DNA from: Longimicrobiales bacterium
Lineage (GTDB): Bacteria; Gemmatimonadota; Gemmatimonadetes; Longimicrobiales; Gaopeijiaceae
NCBI GenBank assembly: GCA_965248195.1
Contig: CBDFIQ010000002.1
Location: forward strand, 640,001-704,000
Reading direction: 5' to 3'
Length of the DNA: 64,000 nucleotides
The notes under the pieces are model-generated. The model was given only the letters and a program-made list of their open reading frames with translations, was not told the origin of the DNA and did no database searches. Below, piece after piece: positions 19,626-28,267 of this stretch; within the stretch, counting starts at the first letter, position 1, and the number at the start of each line of letters is the position of its first letter. A program made the position numbers and the translations under genes.

Positions 19626-20552
19626 ATGGGTCGACAAGGGGTGACCGTCCTCGACGGTGGGCTGGCCACGTCCTTGGAGGAGCTGGGATATGACCTCGCG
19701 GACGACCTTTGGTCGGCTAAGATCCTTCTCGAAGACCCCGACGCCATTCGGCGCGTGCACACCGATTTTCTCCGGGCGGGAGCCGACTGCGTCACGGCCG
19801 GTACCTACCAGGCGTCGATCCCGGGCTTCGTGGCACGAGGGTTGACTCACGACCACGCGGTGGAGGTTCTGGACCGAGGCGTGAGCCTCGCCGTCGAAGC
19901 GCGGGACGCTTTCTGGGGCGACGCCGCAAATCGCGAGCGCCGGCTGCGTCCGTTGGTGGCCGCGAGCGTCGGACCGTACGGCGCATATCGCGCGGATGGG
20001 TCGGAATATACGGGGGAGTACGGTCTGAGTGACGATGAGCTCCTGGATTTCCACGAAGCTCGTTGGCGGATCCTGGCGGCGAGCGCGGCCGATCTCATGG
20101 CTTGTGAGACCATTCCATCGCTACAGGAAGCGGAGGTGCTCCTTCGACTGTTACGGCGAACCCCCGATCGATGGGCTTGGATGAGCTTCACCTGCCGGGA
20201 CGGCGCGAACCTGAGGGACGGCACCCCTCTTTCGGCGGCGGCAAGGTCCTGCGGTGCCGTGCCGCGCGTCGCGGCGGTCGGCATCAACTGCACACGGCCC
20301 GAGCACGTCCCGGAGCTGATCTCGGTGGTCCGGAACGCGACCGAGAAGCCGATCATCATCTACCCCAACGCGGGGGGCAGATACGACGCCAAGCGAAAGA
20401 CATGGGAAGGCCAACCACCCCGGCGGGACTGGCCGGCGATGGCGGCGGAATGGAGTGACCTGGGCGCTTCGGTGATCGGCGGGTGCTGCCGCGTCGGCCC
20501 GGAGAGCATCTCCCTCATGCGGCGTCGCCTCCTCCCCTCCCCTCACCCATGA
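19626..20552 (+). CDS. mmuM: Homocysteine S-methyltransferase (frame open upstream to 19467; start uncertain)
   Basis: VLDGGLAT, LWSA, ASVGPYGA..ADGSEY, ACETIP, GINC, YPN, IGGCCRVGP. Confidence 0.92.
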   Translation: MGRQGVTVLDGGLATSLEELGYDLADDLWSAKILLEDPDAIRRVHTDFLRAGADCVTAGTYQASIPGFVARGLTHDHAVEVLDRGVSLAVEARDAFWGDAANRERRLRPLVAASVGPYGAYRADGSEYTGEYGLSDDELLDFHEARWRILAASAADLMACETIPSLQEAEVLLRLLRRTPDRWAWMSFTCRDGANLRDGTPLSAAARSCGAVPRVAAVGINCTRPEHVPELISVVRNATEKPIIIYPNAGGRYDAKRKTWEGQPPRRDWPAMAAEWSDLGASVIGGCCRVGPESISLMRRRLLPSPHP

Positions 20553-21004
20553 CGGACATCTACGTCGACGCGGACGCGTGCCCGGTCAAGGACGAAGTCT
20601 ATCGCGTTGCCCAGCGGTACGGCCTCAGAGTGCTGTTGGTCGCCAACGCCTGGCTGCGAGCTCCGAACGAGGAGTGGCTCGAGGTGGTCGTCGTCGGAGA
20701 GGAGCTCGACGCCGCCGACGCATGGATCGTCGAGCACGTCACCGAAAACGATATCGTCGTCTCAGCCGATATCCCGTTGGCCGCCTTGTGCCTGGAGAAG
20801 GGCGCGGGCGTCCTCGGACCCAGAGGGCGTCCCTTCACCGAGGATTCGATCGGCGATGCACTGGCGACACGGGAGCTGATGTCTCAGCTCCGCGAAATGG
20901 GGGAGGTCTCCGGAGGGCCACCTCCCTTCGAGAAGCGGGACCGGTCACAGTTTCTCCAAGCTCTGGATCGAATGGTGCACACGATTCGGAAACGACGTCA
21001 GTAA
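20549..21004 (+). CDS. YaiI/YqxD (DUF188) family protein
   Basis: IYVDADACPVKDE, DAAD.WI, ADIPLA, GGPPPF. Confidence 0.92.
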   Translation: MTDIYVDADACPVKDEVYRVAQRYGLRVLLVANAWLRAPNEEWLEVVVVGEELDAADAWIVEHVTENDIVVSADIPLAALCLEKGAGVLGPRGRPFTEDSIGDALATRELMSQLREMGEVSGGPPPFEKRDRSQFLQALDRMVHTIRKRRQ

Positions 21005-21588
21005 GGCGGAACTGGGTATGCACTGGCGTGGACCCGGCACAGCCGTCCTTTGGACGCTCGTGCGACATGATATTTCGCGACCAGTCGAGCGAACTCTTCG
21101 GTTAGCTCGGCCGCGAAGGCGGTCTGTGATTCTTGAGACTTGAAGCGGATGTCGGCCTGAAGTGCCAGAGTCTGGGCATCGTCGTTCGGATGGCCGGTTC
21201 GGTACTGAAGGCCGGCGAGCTCCTGAATCATCTGTGACGCGACCGCCAACAGGTAGCCGGCCGAGGCCTTGTCTTCTATTCGCTCAGGATCCGCCCCGAG
21301 CTTGCCGAGTGCGGCGGGACTAATCAGGTAGGATCGGCCCACGGCTTGCACCAATCTTTCTATGCAGTTTCTCACCCTCCGCTCTCCGACGAGCTTGACG
21401 AGACCTTGCCCCTCGAGCTGTCGGACGTGGTAATTCACTTGTTGCCGAGGCACCCCGATCCGGCGCGCCAGACCCGCAGCCGACTCGGGCTCGGCAAGCT
21501 CGCGGAGTATCTCGAGCCGAAGGGGGTGGAGGGCGGACGTCGCTGCTTCTCCCTCGTCGATGACATGTACCGCTGGATTCATAAACAT
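20998..21588 (-). CDS. ArsR-like winged-helix transcriptional regulator
   Basis: LHPLRLEILREL.EPESAAGLARRIG.PRQQVNYHVRQLE. Confidence 0.85.
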   Translation of the reverse strand: MFMNPAVHVIDEGEAATSALHPLRLEILRELAEPESAAGLARRIGVPRQQVNYHVRQLEGQGLVKLVGERRVRNCIERLVQAVGRSYLISPAALGKLGADPERIEDKASAGYLLAVASQMIQELAGLQYRTGHPNDDAQTLALQADIRFKSQESQTAFAAELTEEFARLVAKYHVARASKGRLCRVHASAYPVPPY

Positions 21589-21900
21589 TCTCGCATTCCT
21601 GAAGGTAAACGATCACACCCACAAGAATATTTGTCAAGACAATAGTGAGAGTCGTCACAATCGTTTCATGGCCTGCGATTTCTGATGGCGCGGTGGAAAA
21701 AGGACAAAGTCTTAGGTAGCAGGCCCTTGACCAGGGCGGCCTCCGTCGCAACCCTAACGGTGTTTCCCGGCGGATGCCGGGGAAATTTCCCACGACTCGG
21801 TTGTCGTGGTACCCAGCGCGGGGGACGTTCCGTGCGTGTTATGTGGTCAGGCAGTACGGATCTTCCGGACTCCGACAATGACCACCAAAGGAGTTGGACG

Positions 21901-22107
21901 ATGCGTACGAGAGGGACTGTAAAGTGGTTCAACGATCAGAAGGGCTTCGGATTCATTACGCCGGAGGACAACAGCAAGGATTGCTTTGTCCACCACTCCG
22001 CCATCCAAGCAGAGGGTTTTAAGACCCTGAACGAGGGTGACGCGGTGGAGTTCGAGATTGTGGAAGGGCAGAAGGGTCCAGCTGCGGAGAACGTTGTTCG
22101 ACTTTAG
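21901..22107 (+). CDS. Cold-shock protein (CspA family), copy 2
   Basis: [32 protein letters not shown]. Confidence 0.95.
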   Translation: MRTRGTVKWFNDQKGFGFITPEDNSKDCFVHHSAIQAEGFKTLNEGDAVEFEIVEGQKGPAAENVVRL

Positions 22108-22137
22108 CCAGTCCAGATAGCCAAAAAGATCAAGCCG

Positions 22138-22176
22138 AGGGCCGCTCCGATTCGTCGGAGCGGCCCTTCGTTTTTT
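22138..22176 (+). terminator. Intrinsic terminator after csp copy 2
   Basis: AGGGCCGCTCCGA-TTCG-TCGGAGCGGCCCT followed by TCGTTTTTT. Confidence 0.9.
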
Positions 22177-22183
22177 CGACGCC

Positions 22184-22777
22184 TTAGTTGCTCGAAGCGT
22201 ACAGCGCGGCGTGAAGGACCAGGCCCCGCTTGACCGCTTCGGCCGTGACCTCGGCGAAGTAGAACGGCATCGAGCCCAACTCGCTCGACGAAAGGCCGTC
22301 GAGCGCTCTCTCGGGGTCGTCGCCGTGGCGCATCCCCACAAATCCCTCCATCAGCCCGGCCTCCGTCGCCTTCGTCACCCACGGCCTACTCTCGGCCGTG
22401 GCTTTGGTCATGATCGCGCTCATCACCACGCCGTCTCGGTCCAAGGTCAGTCCGACCTCTACCGGGCCATGCTGTGTGTTGGCTTGCGGAAAGAGCACCA
22501 CTCCGACCACGCGCCCGGCGGCGTCTGTGCCGTAGTAGAAATTGTACTCCGGGTCATCGAGCTTGAACGAGATTTCTTCCCGGATACTCGCGAGGGCGTC
22601 ACGGCCGATCTCGACTGTGCGGACGAAAAAGTCGTCGGCGTCGTCCAGCGTACGCCGGATCACGTCGGCCTGCTCCGTCAGCACGACCGTCGGTGTGATG
22701 TGCGGTGCCGCGGCAGTCGTTGCGCCCATGAAGATCGCGCCGATTGCAAGGCCCATCGCCGTTTTAAAGAGTCTCAT
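22184..22777 (-). CDS. Secreted FMN-binding-domain-like protein
   Basis: Signal peptide; TQHGPVEVGLTLDRDGVV...FVG...AEAVKRGL pattern resembles FMN_bind/RnfG-like domains. Confidence 0.55.
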   Translation of the reverse strand: MRLFKTAMGLAIGAIFMGATTAAAPHITPTVVLTEQADVIRRTLDDADDFFVRTVEIGRDALASIREEISFKLDDPEYNFYYGTDAAGRVVGVVLFPQANTQHGPVEVGLTLDRDGVVMSAIMTKATAESRPWVTKATEAGLMEGFVGMRHGDDPERALDGLSSSELGSMPFYFAEVTAEAVKRGLVLHAALYASSN

Positions 22778-23358
22778 GCGTTTCTCCTCAGTCTTTGGTT
22801 ATATCCGAATGTGGATCGAGTGGTTCCGACGAGGACCACCACATAGACGGCCATCATCGTCCAACCCGAGAGGATAGTGAGCCAGGCGAATCCACCCAGC
22901 CCGGCCTTCATCAACCATTGCCCTGAGAAGTCGAGCGCGGCCGAGGCGAACGCGGCGACGATCACCGTGTCGCGCCACCAGGCAGGCCACCCCAAGCCCA
23001 GGACGATCAGTGTCTGAAGTGCCGCCAGGACAGCGAACATCATGAGGTGAACGTGGCTGTCCTGGATCAACAGGTCCGTGTCGATCTGGTGTCCCGTTTC
23101 CTGCATCTCGTCGAAATTGAACGGTACCGACCGTGAGCTGGACTCGTCGGGCAGGGTGGCCTCGTCGACTGTCGTCGGCATGAATGTGTCACGGACATCC
23201 GTAGGCGTTAGCCCTGCGTACTCGCGCACCATCAGGAACGCGAAGATGTAGCCGTATCCGAGCAGAAGCATGAACAAGAGGGCGCCGATTCGGACCGACC
23301 GATCCGCTTCGCGCAAGCTGTACAGGCCCGTCCCCCGGGACCCCGCTTCGGAAGTCAA
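22774..23358 (-). CDS. Four-TM membrane protein with SHVHL motif
   Basis: AGGAGG RBS before TTG 23358; hydrophobic helices; 4-bp overlap with the next gene. Confidence 0.75.
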   Translation of the reverse strand: MTSEAGSRGTGLYSLREADRSVRIGALLFMLLLGYGYIFAFLMVREYAGLTPTDVRDTFMPTTVDEATLPDESSSRSVPFNFDEMQETGHQIDTDLLIQDSHVHLMMFAVLAALQTLIVLGLGWPAWWRDTVIVAAFASAALDFSGQWLMKAGLGGFAWLTILSGWTMMAVYVVVLVGTTRSTFGYNQRLRRNA

Positions 23359-23389
23359 GGTCGCCTCCTGGAGCCGGGGAGCACCGGGA

Positions 23390-24598
23390 TCAAAACGTGG
23401 CGACGAGCTGCAGGACGTACCGGAGGTTCCAGTCGTCCAGCCCACCGTCAGTCTCGAAAAAGTCTATGTTCGACTGATCCAGCCGAACCTCGCCGCGAAG
23501 CTGGAATCGGGGGATGCGGAACGTGGTGTGCTCGACGTTCGAGAAAATCCCGTTTCGGCCCGTACCGATGAAGTAGACGGGCGCCAAGCTGAGCGATTTG
23601 AGCTTCTGTGCCTCGCCCGTACGCGCGCCATCCCTGTCGTCGAAGATTTCGCCACGAAGCGTCACACCGAACCGTCGGTGAAGGCGCCCGAAGACCGTGA
23701 GGGTGCCACCGACCCAGTGGTTGTCCGCGCCCTGAAGGTGGTCAGCACCCCAATTCGCCTCGCCCCCGAGGATCAGATCATTGACGGGCTCCCATGAGTA
23801 GTCCACTGAGATCACGCTGCGGTCGTTGACCTCATCGTGCTCACCCTCCGGTCCGAACGTACCCCCGACGCCGAGGCTCGAGTTCTCGCTGGGGAGGATT
23901 CCGACCCGACCTGCAATCGTCTTTCCGCGGTTGGGGTCGATTTGCGACTCCCACCCATTGGTGACCATGAGGAGCAGGTTCAGCCGCGGATTGAGGTTCC
24001 AGCGTCCGCCGAGGCCGATCAGCTTGATCGGGCGCCCGAACTCGAAGTTGAAGCTCGTCGTGGACTGCAGGTTGAGCGGCTCGTCGTCGCGCTCGAAGCC
24101 CAGCGGAGAATCGATCTTCCCTAGGAAAAAGCTGAGGCCCGGTGCACCCGGCGGAGTGAAGTTCACGAGGAAGTTGTCGATCTCGATCTCGGCGACGACA
24201 CCCTCTCCGCCTTCTTCGCCCTCCGCCTCCTCGCCGCCGCCCGCTTCGGCTTCTTCATCGTGCCCACCAGCTTCCTGGTGCCCCCCGAGCAGTGTGGTTA
24301 GCTGGCCGAACATCCATAAGCTCTCTGACAGCTCTCGGAACAAAGAAGTGGCGAACTTGCTGGCCAGGAACGTGTTGTCGTCGGTGCGCCCGTCGAGTGT
24401 GTATCCGCCAGTACCGAACCCCGTGATCTGGAGGGGCAACCCGGTCTCGCCGGTCAGTTGCTCGAGCGACTGGCCCGCTCCGAGGTCGAGTGGTCGGTCC
24501 TGTGCCGCGACGTCGGGGGTTGCCATCTGAATTGTGAGGCCCAGAGAGAAGGCCATCGCCAACCCGCAGGGGATACCGCCAAGTGTGAAAGTTTTCAT
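23390..24598 (-). CDS. Outer-membrane beta-barrel porin with His/Glu-rich loop
   Basis: GGAGAGG RBS; signal peptide; GKIDSPLGFE, VTNGW, alternating beta-strands, C-terminal Phe; loop GGHQEAGGHDEEAEAGGGEEAEGEEGGEG. Confidence 0.8.
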   Translation of the reverse strand: MKTFTLGGIPCGLAMAFSLGLTIQMATPDVAAQDRPLDLGAGQSLEQLTGETGLPLQITGFGTGGYTLDGRTDDNTFLASKFATSLFRELSESLWMFGQLTTLLGGHQEAGGHDEEAEAGGGEEAEGEEGGEGVVAEIEIDNFLVNFTPPGAPGLSFFLGKIDSPLGFERDDEPLNLQSTTSFNFEFGRPIKLIGLGGRWNLNPRLNLLLMVTNGWESQIDPNRGKTIAGRVGILPSENSSLGVGGTFGPEGEHDEVNDRSVISVDYSWEPVNDLILGGEANWGADHLQGADNHWVGGTLTVFGRLHRRFGVTLRGEIFDDRDGARTGEAQKLKSLSLAPVYFIGTGRNGIFSNVEHTTFRIPRFQLRGEVRLDQSNIDFFETDGGLDDWNLRYVLQLVATF

Positions 24599-24657
24599 GT
24601 ACCTCTCCGTCAGTCCCACCGCCGAGCACGGCGATAGGTGCGATTTTCTTGTCGCCA

Positions 24658-24688
24658 GGAAAAGCGGATCGGCGAATGGCCGATCCGC
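24658..24688 (-). terminator. Terminator-like (possible attenuator) hairpin upstream of the porin gene
   Basis: Perfect 10-bp stem GCGGATCGGC/GCCGATCCGC; on the minus strand it is followed by only TTTT. Confidence 0.5.
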
Positions 24689-24728
24689 CCCTACCGACGA
24701 CCCTGTGCCGGCCCACGCGAACGTGGAC

Positions 24729-24784
24729 GGGCGCAAACGGATGCGGACGGGGCGCACACGGATGGCGAGCGGGCGCACACGGAT
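24729..24784. repeat. Three direct repeats GGGCGCA(A/C)ACGGAT with exact 21-bp period
   Basis: Copies start at 24729, 24750 and 24771; a degenerate fourth lies near 24710. Confidence 0.85.
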
Positions 24785-24838
24785 ACCGTGTACGGCCAAC
24801 CGGCTTGAGATTTCGAGCCTTGCCTTTGGCTCGATCGG

Positions 24839-25279
24839 TTAGGAGCTGTGAGGTGGTGGTTGGGGAAGCGGAGCGACGTACGCGTTTTGGCGGGTGTCGA
24901 GGAGGGTTGTATGTAGCCTCTCCACGACGTTCAGTGCGGTGAAAGAAAGCGGCTGAGTGTAGATCCGGCCGGGTGAGAAAGAATCTCCGGACTCGGCATC
25001 ACACGCATTCAAGCACGAACAGAGAGCCTTGTCGTGCTCTGACTCCGAGTCGGCGGGTGTGGCATCTCCGTGGGGAATCCCACCAGGGATGACTTCCGTG
25101 GACATCCCGGGTTGCGCATGTCCCGCAGAGTCCAAACTCGTGTGGTGTGGGCATGGGCTGAACCCCTGGCCGACCATGCCCAGTAGGAAGACCGCGAGGG
25201 TTGAGATATGGAGTACCGTGCCCCTCCGGGGGTCCCCCGTCGGGGGATAAACACGGCTGGGTTGCCGATGGCTGAACAA
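24839..25279 (-). CDS. Small His/Cys-rich exported protein with C-terminal polyproline (DUF2946/CruR/CutF-like architecture)
   Basis: AGGAG RBS before TTG 25279 (start uncertain); hydrophobic segment, PCPHH, HDKALCSCLNAC, ends PLPQPPPHSS. Confidence 0.65.
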   Translation of the reverse strand: MFSHRQPSRVYPPTGDPRRGTVLHISTLAVFLLGMVGQGFSPCPHHTSLDSAGHAQPGMSTEVIPGGIPHGDATPADSESEHDKALCSCLNACDAESGDSFSPGRIYTQPLSFTALNVVERLHTTLLDTRQNAYVAPLPQPPPHSS

Positions 25280-25397
25280 GTCCAACTCCTGCAGTTCTGT
25301 TGACCGATGTACTATATCGGACACCCCTCTCTGCCAACGTACGTGAGACACGGAGCACGCAAAGAATTAGAGTAGGGCGAAGGCAGAGAAAACGAAC

Positions 25398-25847
25398 ATG
25401 TTGGGACTGCGAGAGAGAATGGAAGAGAATGGTAGTGCCCCTGGAATCGGGGAGGCCAAGCGAAGCGCGGCAGCTCCTGCGGACCCGGAGGTAGTAGATA
25501 GGCCGCTACGCCGGCGGTTCAGTCCATCGTACAAGCTGCGGATCGTCGAAGAAGCGGACCGGTGCACCGAGCCCGGCGAGGTGGGTCAGCTCCTGCGGCG
25601 CGAGGGCCTGTACTCGTCGCACCTGACGACGTGGCGCAAGGCGGCGCATAGCGGGTCGCTGAAGGCCCTGTCGAAGAAACGCGGCCGCAAGCCGGAGCGG
25701 AATCCGCTGGATGAGAAGGTACGCAAGCTGGAGCGGCAAAACGCACGGCTCGAGAATGAGCTCAGGAAGGCACACCTGATCATCGACGTGCAGGGAAAAG
25801 TTGCGGGGCTGCTGGGGATAAGCCTCGACGACGGGACGAACTCTTGA
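25398..25847 (+). CDS. IS3-family transposase OrfA (HTH plus leucine zipper)
   Basis: RRRFSPSYKLRIVEEAD, LLRREGLYSSHLTTWR, coiled coil; TTGA overlap with orfB. Confidence 0.9.
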   Translation: MLGLRERMEENGSAPGIGEAKRSAAAPADPEVVDRPLRRRFSPSYKLRIVEEADRCTEPGEVGQLLRREGLYSSHLTTWRKAAHSGSLKALSKKRGRKPERNPLDEKVRKLERQNARLENELRKAHLIIDVQGKVAGLLGISLDDGTNS

Positions 25848-26851
25848 AGGCGGCCGATGAGCTGGCTAAGCACGTCGGTGTAAAACCGGCGTGCGCGGCT
25901 CTCGAGGTCTCCCGATCGACGTTCTACCGTCGTCGAGGCCCATCGACCGGGCAACGGCAGCCCCGCCCGACGCCCGCCCGGGCATTGAGCGAGACGGAAC
26001 GAGGCGAGGTCTTCGACACGCTGTGTTCGGAGCGGTTCGTGGACCGCTCACCCGCCGAGGTGGTGGCCACGCTGCTCGACGAAGAGGTCTACCTGTGCAG
26101 CGAACGCACGATGTATCGTGTTCTGGCCTCCGAGGTGCCGGTTCAGGAACGCCGGGCGCAGCGCACCCATCCCGAGTACAAGAAGCCCGAGTTGATGGCC
26201 ACGGCGCCGAACCAGGTGTGGTCCTGGGATATCACGCGGCTACTCGGGCCGAAGAAGTGGAGCTATTACTACCTCTACGTCATCATGGACATCTACAGCC
26301 GCTACGTCGTGGGCTGGATGGTGGCGGACCGGGAGAACTCGGCCCTGGCCGGCCGGTTGATCCAGCAGAGCTGCCTGAAGCATGGCGTCCAGCCCCGGGT
26401 CCTGACCCTGCACTCGGATCGGGGAGCTCCAATGACGAGCCAATGCACCGCTCAACTTCTCGCTGACCTCGGCGTGACTCGCTCGTTGAGCCGGCCTCAG
26501 GTGTCGGATGACAACCCGTTTTCCGAGGCTCAGTTCAAAACCTTGAAGTACCATCCCTCGTTTCCCGGGCGGTTCGGGGATCAGGGCCAGGCCAAGACGT
26601 TGTGTCGATCGTTCTTCCGCTGGTACAATGCCGAGCACCGCCATGGCGGTATCTCGATGCTAACCCCCGAGCAGGTCCACTTCGGGAACGCCGATCAGGT
26701 CATTGCCGGCAGGAAATCCGTGCTCCGCGAAGCATGGGCCGCTCATCCCGAACGCTTCGTCACAGGTGTGCCGAAGCCCAAACCGCTCCCGGAGGCCGTC
26801 TACATCAATCCTCCCATCCCTTCCCTCACCACACAGGATATTGCTCTCTAA
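25844..26851 (+). CDS. IS3-family transposase OrfB (rve integrase core)
   Basis: PNQVWSWDIT, DIYSRYVVGW, LHSDRG, DNPFSEAQFKTLK, WYNAEHRH. Confidence 0.93.
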   Translation: MKAADELAKHVGVKPACAALEVSRSTFYRRRGPSTGQRQPRPTPARALSETERGEVFDTLCSERFVDRSPAEVVATLLDEEVYLCSERTMYRVLASEVPVQERRAQRTHPEYKKPELMATAPNQVWSWDITRLLGPKKWSYYYLYVIMDIYSRYVVGWMVADRENSALAGRLIQQSCLKHGVQPRVLTLHSDRGAPMTSQCTAQLLADLGVTRSLSRPQVSDDNPFSEAQFKTLKYHPSFPGRFGDQGQAKTLCRSFFRWYNAEHRHGGISMLTPEQVHFGNADQVIAGRKSVLREAWAAHPERFVTGVPKPKPLPEAVYINPPIPSLTTQDIAL

Positions 26852-27160
26852 TTAATCCCGTAGAGTGTCCCATTGTCGTTGACAGGTTCCGCACCGTCTC
26901 ATGCATTTCTGTTGACCGACGGAAGGTATCGGACACCATTCCCTCGGTAAAGCCACCAAGAGGCGACGAGCCGGCTGCACGAAACGTCGAGCGGTTCCAC
27001 TCCCGAGTGGCGCAATGGTTTCAGATCGTACAACTTCGGAGCGCCGTGAGGCTCGTGGCTCGAAGTGTGGTGTGGCTGGAAAGTTCCGGATGGTATTTGA
27101 GGTTTAGCTGCCGCCGTGAGAGGAGCGAAGCTCTACTCTGACCCCGACTCGGGAGGACCC

Positions 27161-27724
27161 ATGGTTACCATCGGTGCACTCTGGCTCCCCATCCTGCTTT
27201 CTGCCATCGCGGTGTGGGTGGCGAGTGCGCTCTTCTGGACCGTCATGCCACACCATAAGTCGGACTACGCGAAGCTCCCCGATGAGGATGCGGCCCGTCG
27301 GGCGCTGACCCCTCAGGCGCTCATTCCCGGCCAGTACATGATCCCCCACGCTGTCACGCACAGGGATCTCCAGGACCCGGAGACCACTCGTAAGTTCGAG
27401 GAGGGTCCGGTGGGCTTTTTCACGGTCCTGCCTCCGGGTGTTCCGACCATGGGGAGCAAGATCATGCTGTCGTTCGTCTTCTATTTCGTGATCAGCATCG
27501 TTGTGGCGTACCTGGCGAGTCGTACGCTCGACCCGGGTGCCGAATACCTCGCCGTGTTCAGGGTCACCGGCACGGTGGCCTCGCTGGCCTACGGCACTGC
27601 CACGGTTCCGGACGCGATCTGGTTCGGGCGGCCGTGGTCCGGAATCGTCAAAGGGCTGCTGGACGCACTCGTGTTCGGTCTCTTGACGGCTGGGTTCTTC
27701 GGCTGGCTTTGGCCGGCCGGATGA
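27161..27724 (+). CDS. Conserved-looking integral membrane protein
   Basis: GGAGG RBS; about 4 TM helices; PHHKSD and PGQYMIP. Confidence 0.75.
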   Translation: MVTIGALWLPILLSAIAVWVASALFWTVMPHHKSDYAKLPDEDAARRALTPQALIPGQYMIPHAVTHRDLQDPETTRKFEEGPVGFFTVLPPGVPTMGSKIMLSFVFYFVISIVVAYLASRTLDPGAEYLAVFRVTGTVASLAYGTATVPDAIWFGRPWSGIVKGLLDALVFGLLTAGFFGWLWPAG

Positions 27725-28170
27725 CGCTGGAGGCATGGTCCGTGGGGGGTAGAGCCGGTGGAGGCGAGGCGAGGGTTCGGCTCTCTCGTTCCATCTCGAA
27801 GTCGGCGAAGTTGTTGACTGCGTTGAGCGCGCCATGGGCTTTGGCTTGCGCCGGGGGTGCCATGCTGGTTCCCGTCTTCCTCCCCGGAGAGCGAGTAGAG
27901 TGCCTTTTCCAGGTGATCGGCGAGGTGACTGTGGAGGGACCCTTTCGGGCCCAAGACGACATCGAGGGCGGGCCTCGGGAGGCGGTCTTGCAAGGTGTTC
28001 GGCTGGAGGTGGCTCAAGAGGTGGCCGGGTCGGGTGCGGACGCCGTCATGGTCCGCGAGCTCCTATACGACCGGGATTCTGTTGCGGCCGAGGACGACGC
28101 TCCTGAGATCATCGCCGTGGAAGGAATGCTCCTTTCTTTCGTGGATCCAGCTTGCGTGCCGGGCGAGTAA
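27721..28170 (+). CDS. Hypothetical protein, possible lipoprotein (start uncertain)
   Basis: ATGA overlap with the upstream gene; ALAC lipobox-like; GADAV motif. Confidence 0.5.
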   Translation: MTLEAWSVGGRAGGGEARVRLSRSISKSAKLLTALSAPWALACAGGAMLVPVFLPGERVECLFQVIGEVTVEGPFRAQDDIEGGPREAVLQGVRLEVAQEVAGSGADAVMVRELLYDRDSVAAEDDAPEIIAVEGMLLSFVDPACVPGE

Positions 28171-28267
28171 GCCTAAGCCGCCCGTCAGGGCGAAGCGGCC
28201 TTATTCCCGCCGCGCCTCCAGCCTGTGATCGGAGTGGTGTCGTGAGCGAGGGAGGGGACGAGAGAGA

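Larger units (their letters stand above)
25325..26891 (+). mobile_element. IS3-family insertion sequence (about 1567 bp; ends approximate)
   Basis: Imperfect IRs TGCCAACGTACGTGAGACAC (from 25332) and reverse complement TGTCAACGACAATGGGACAC (to 26884); candidate 3-bp TSD CAC at 25322-25324 and 26892-26894; orfA/orfB pair inside. Confidence 0.85.

Noticed and set aside
18800..22107. Two csp genes as a novel system, or a shared thermosensor UTR
   Set aside because: Multiple csp paralogues are routine, and I saw no convincing similarity between their 5' UTRs.
24710..24784. CRISPR-like mini-array
   Set aside because: Repeats are 14 bp with 7-bp spacers, far too short, and no cas genes are present.
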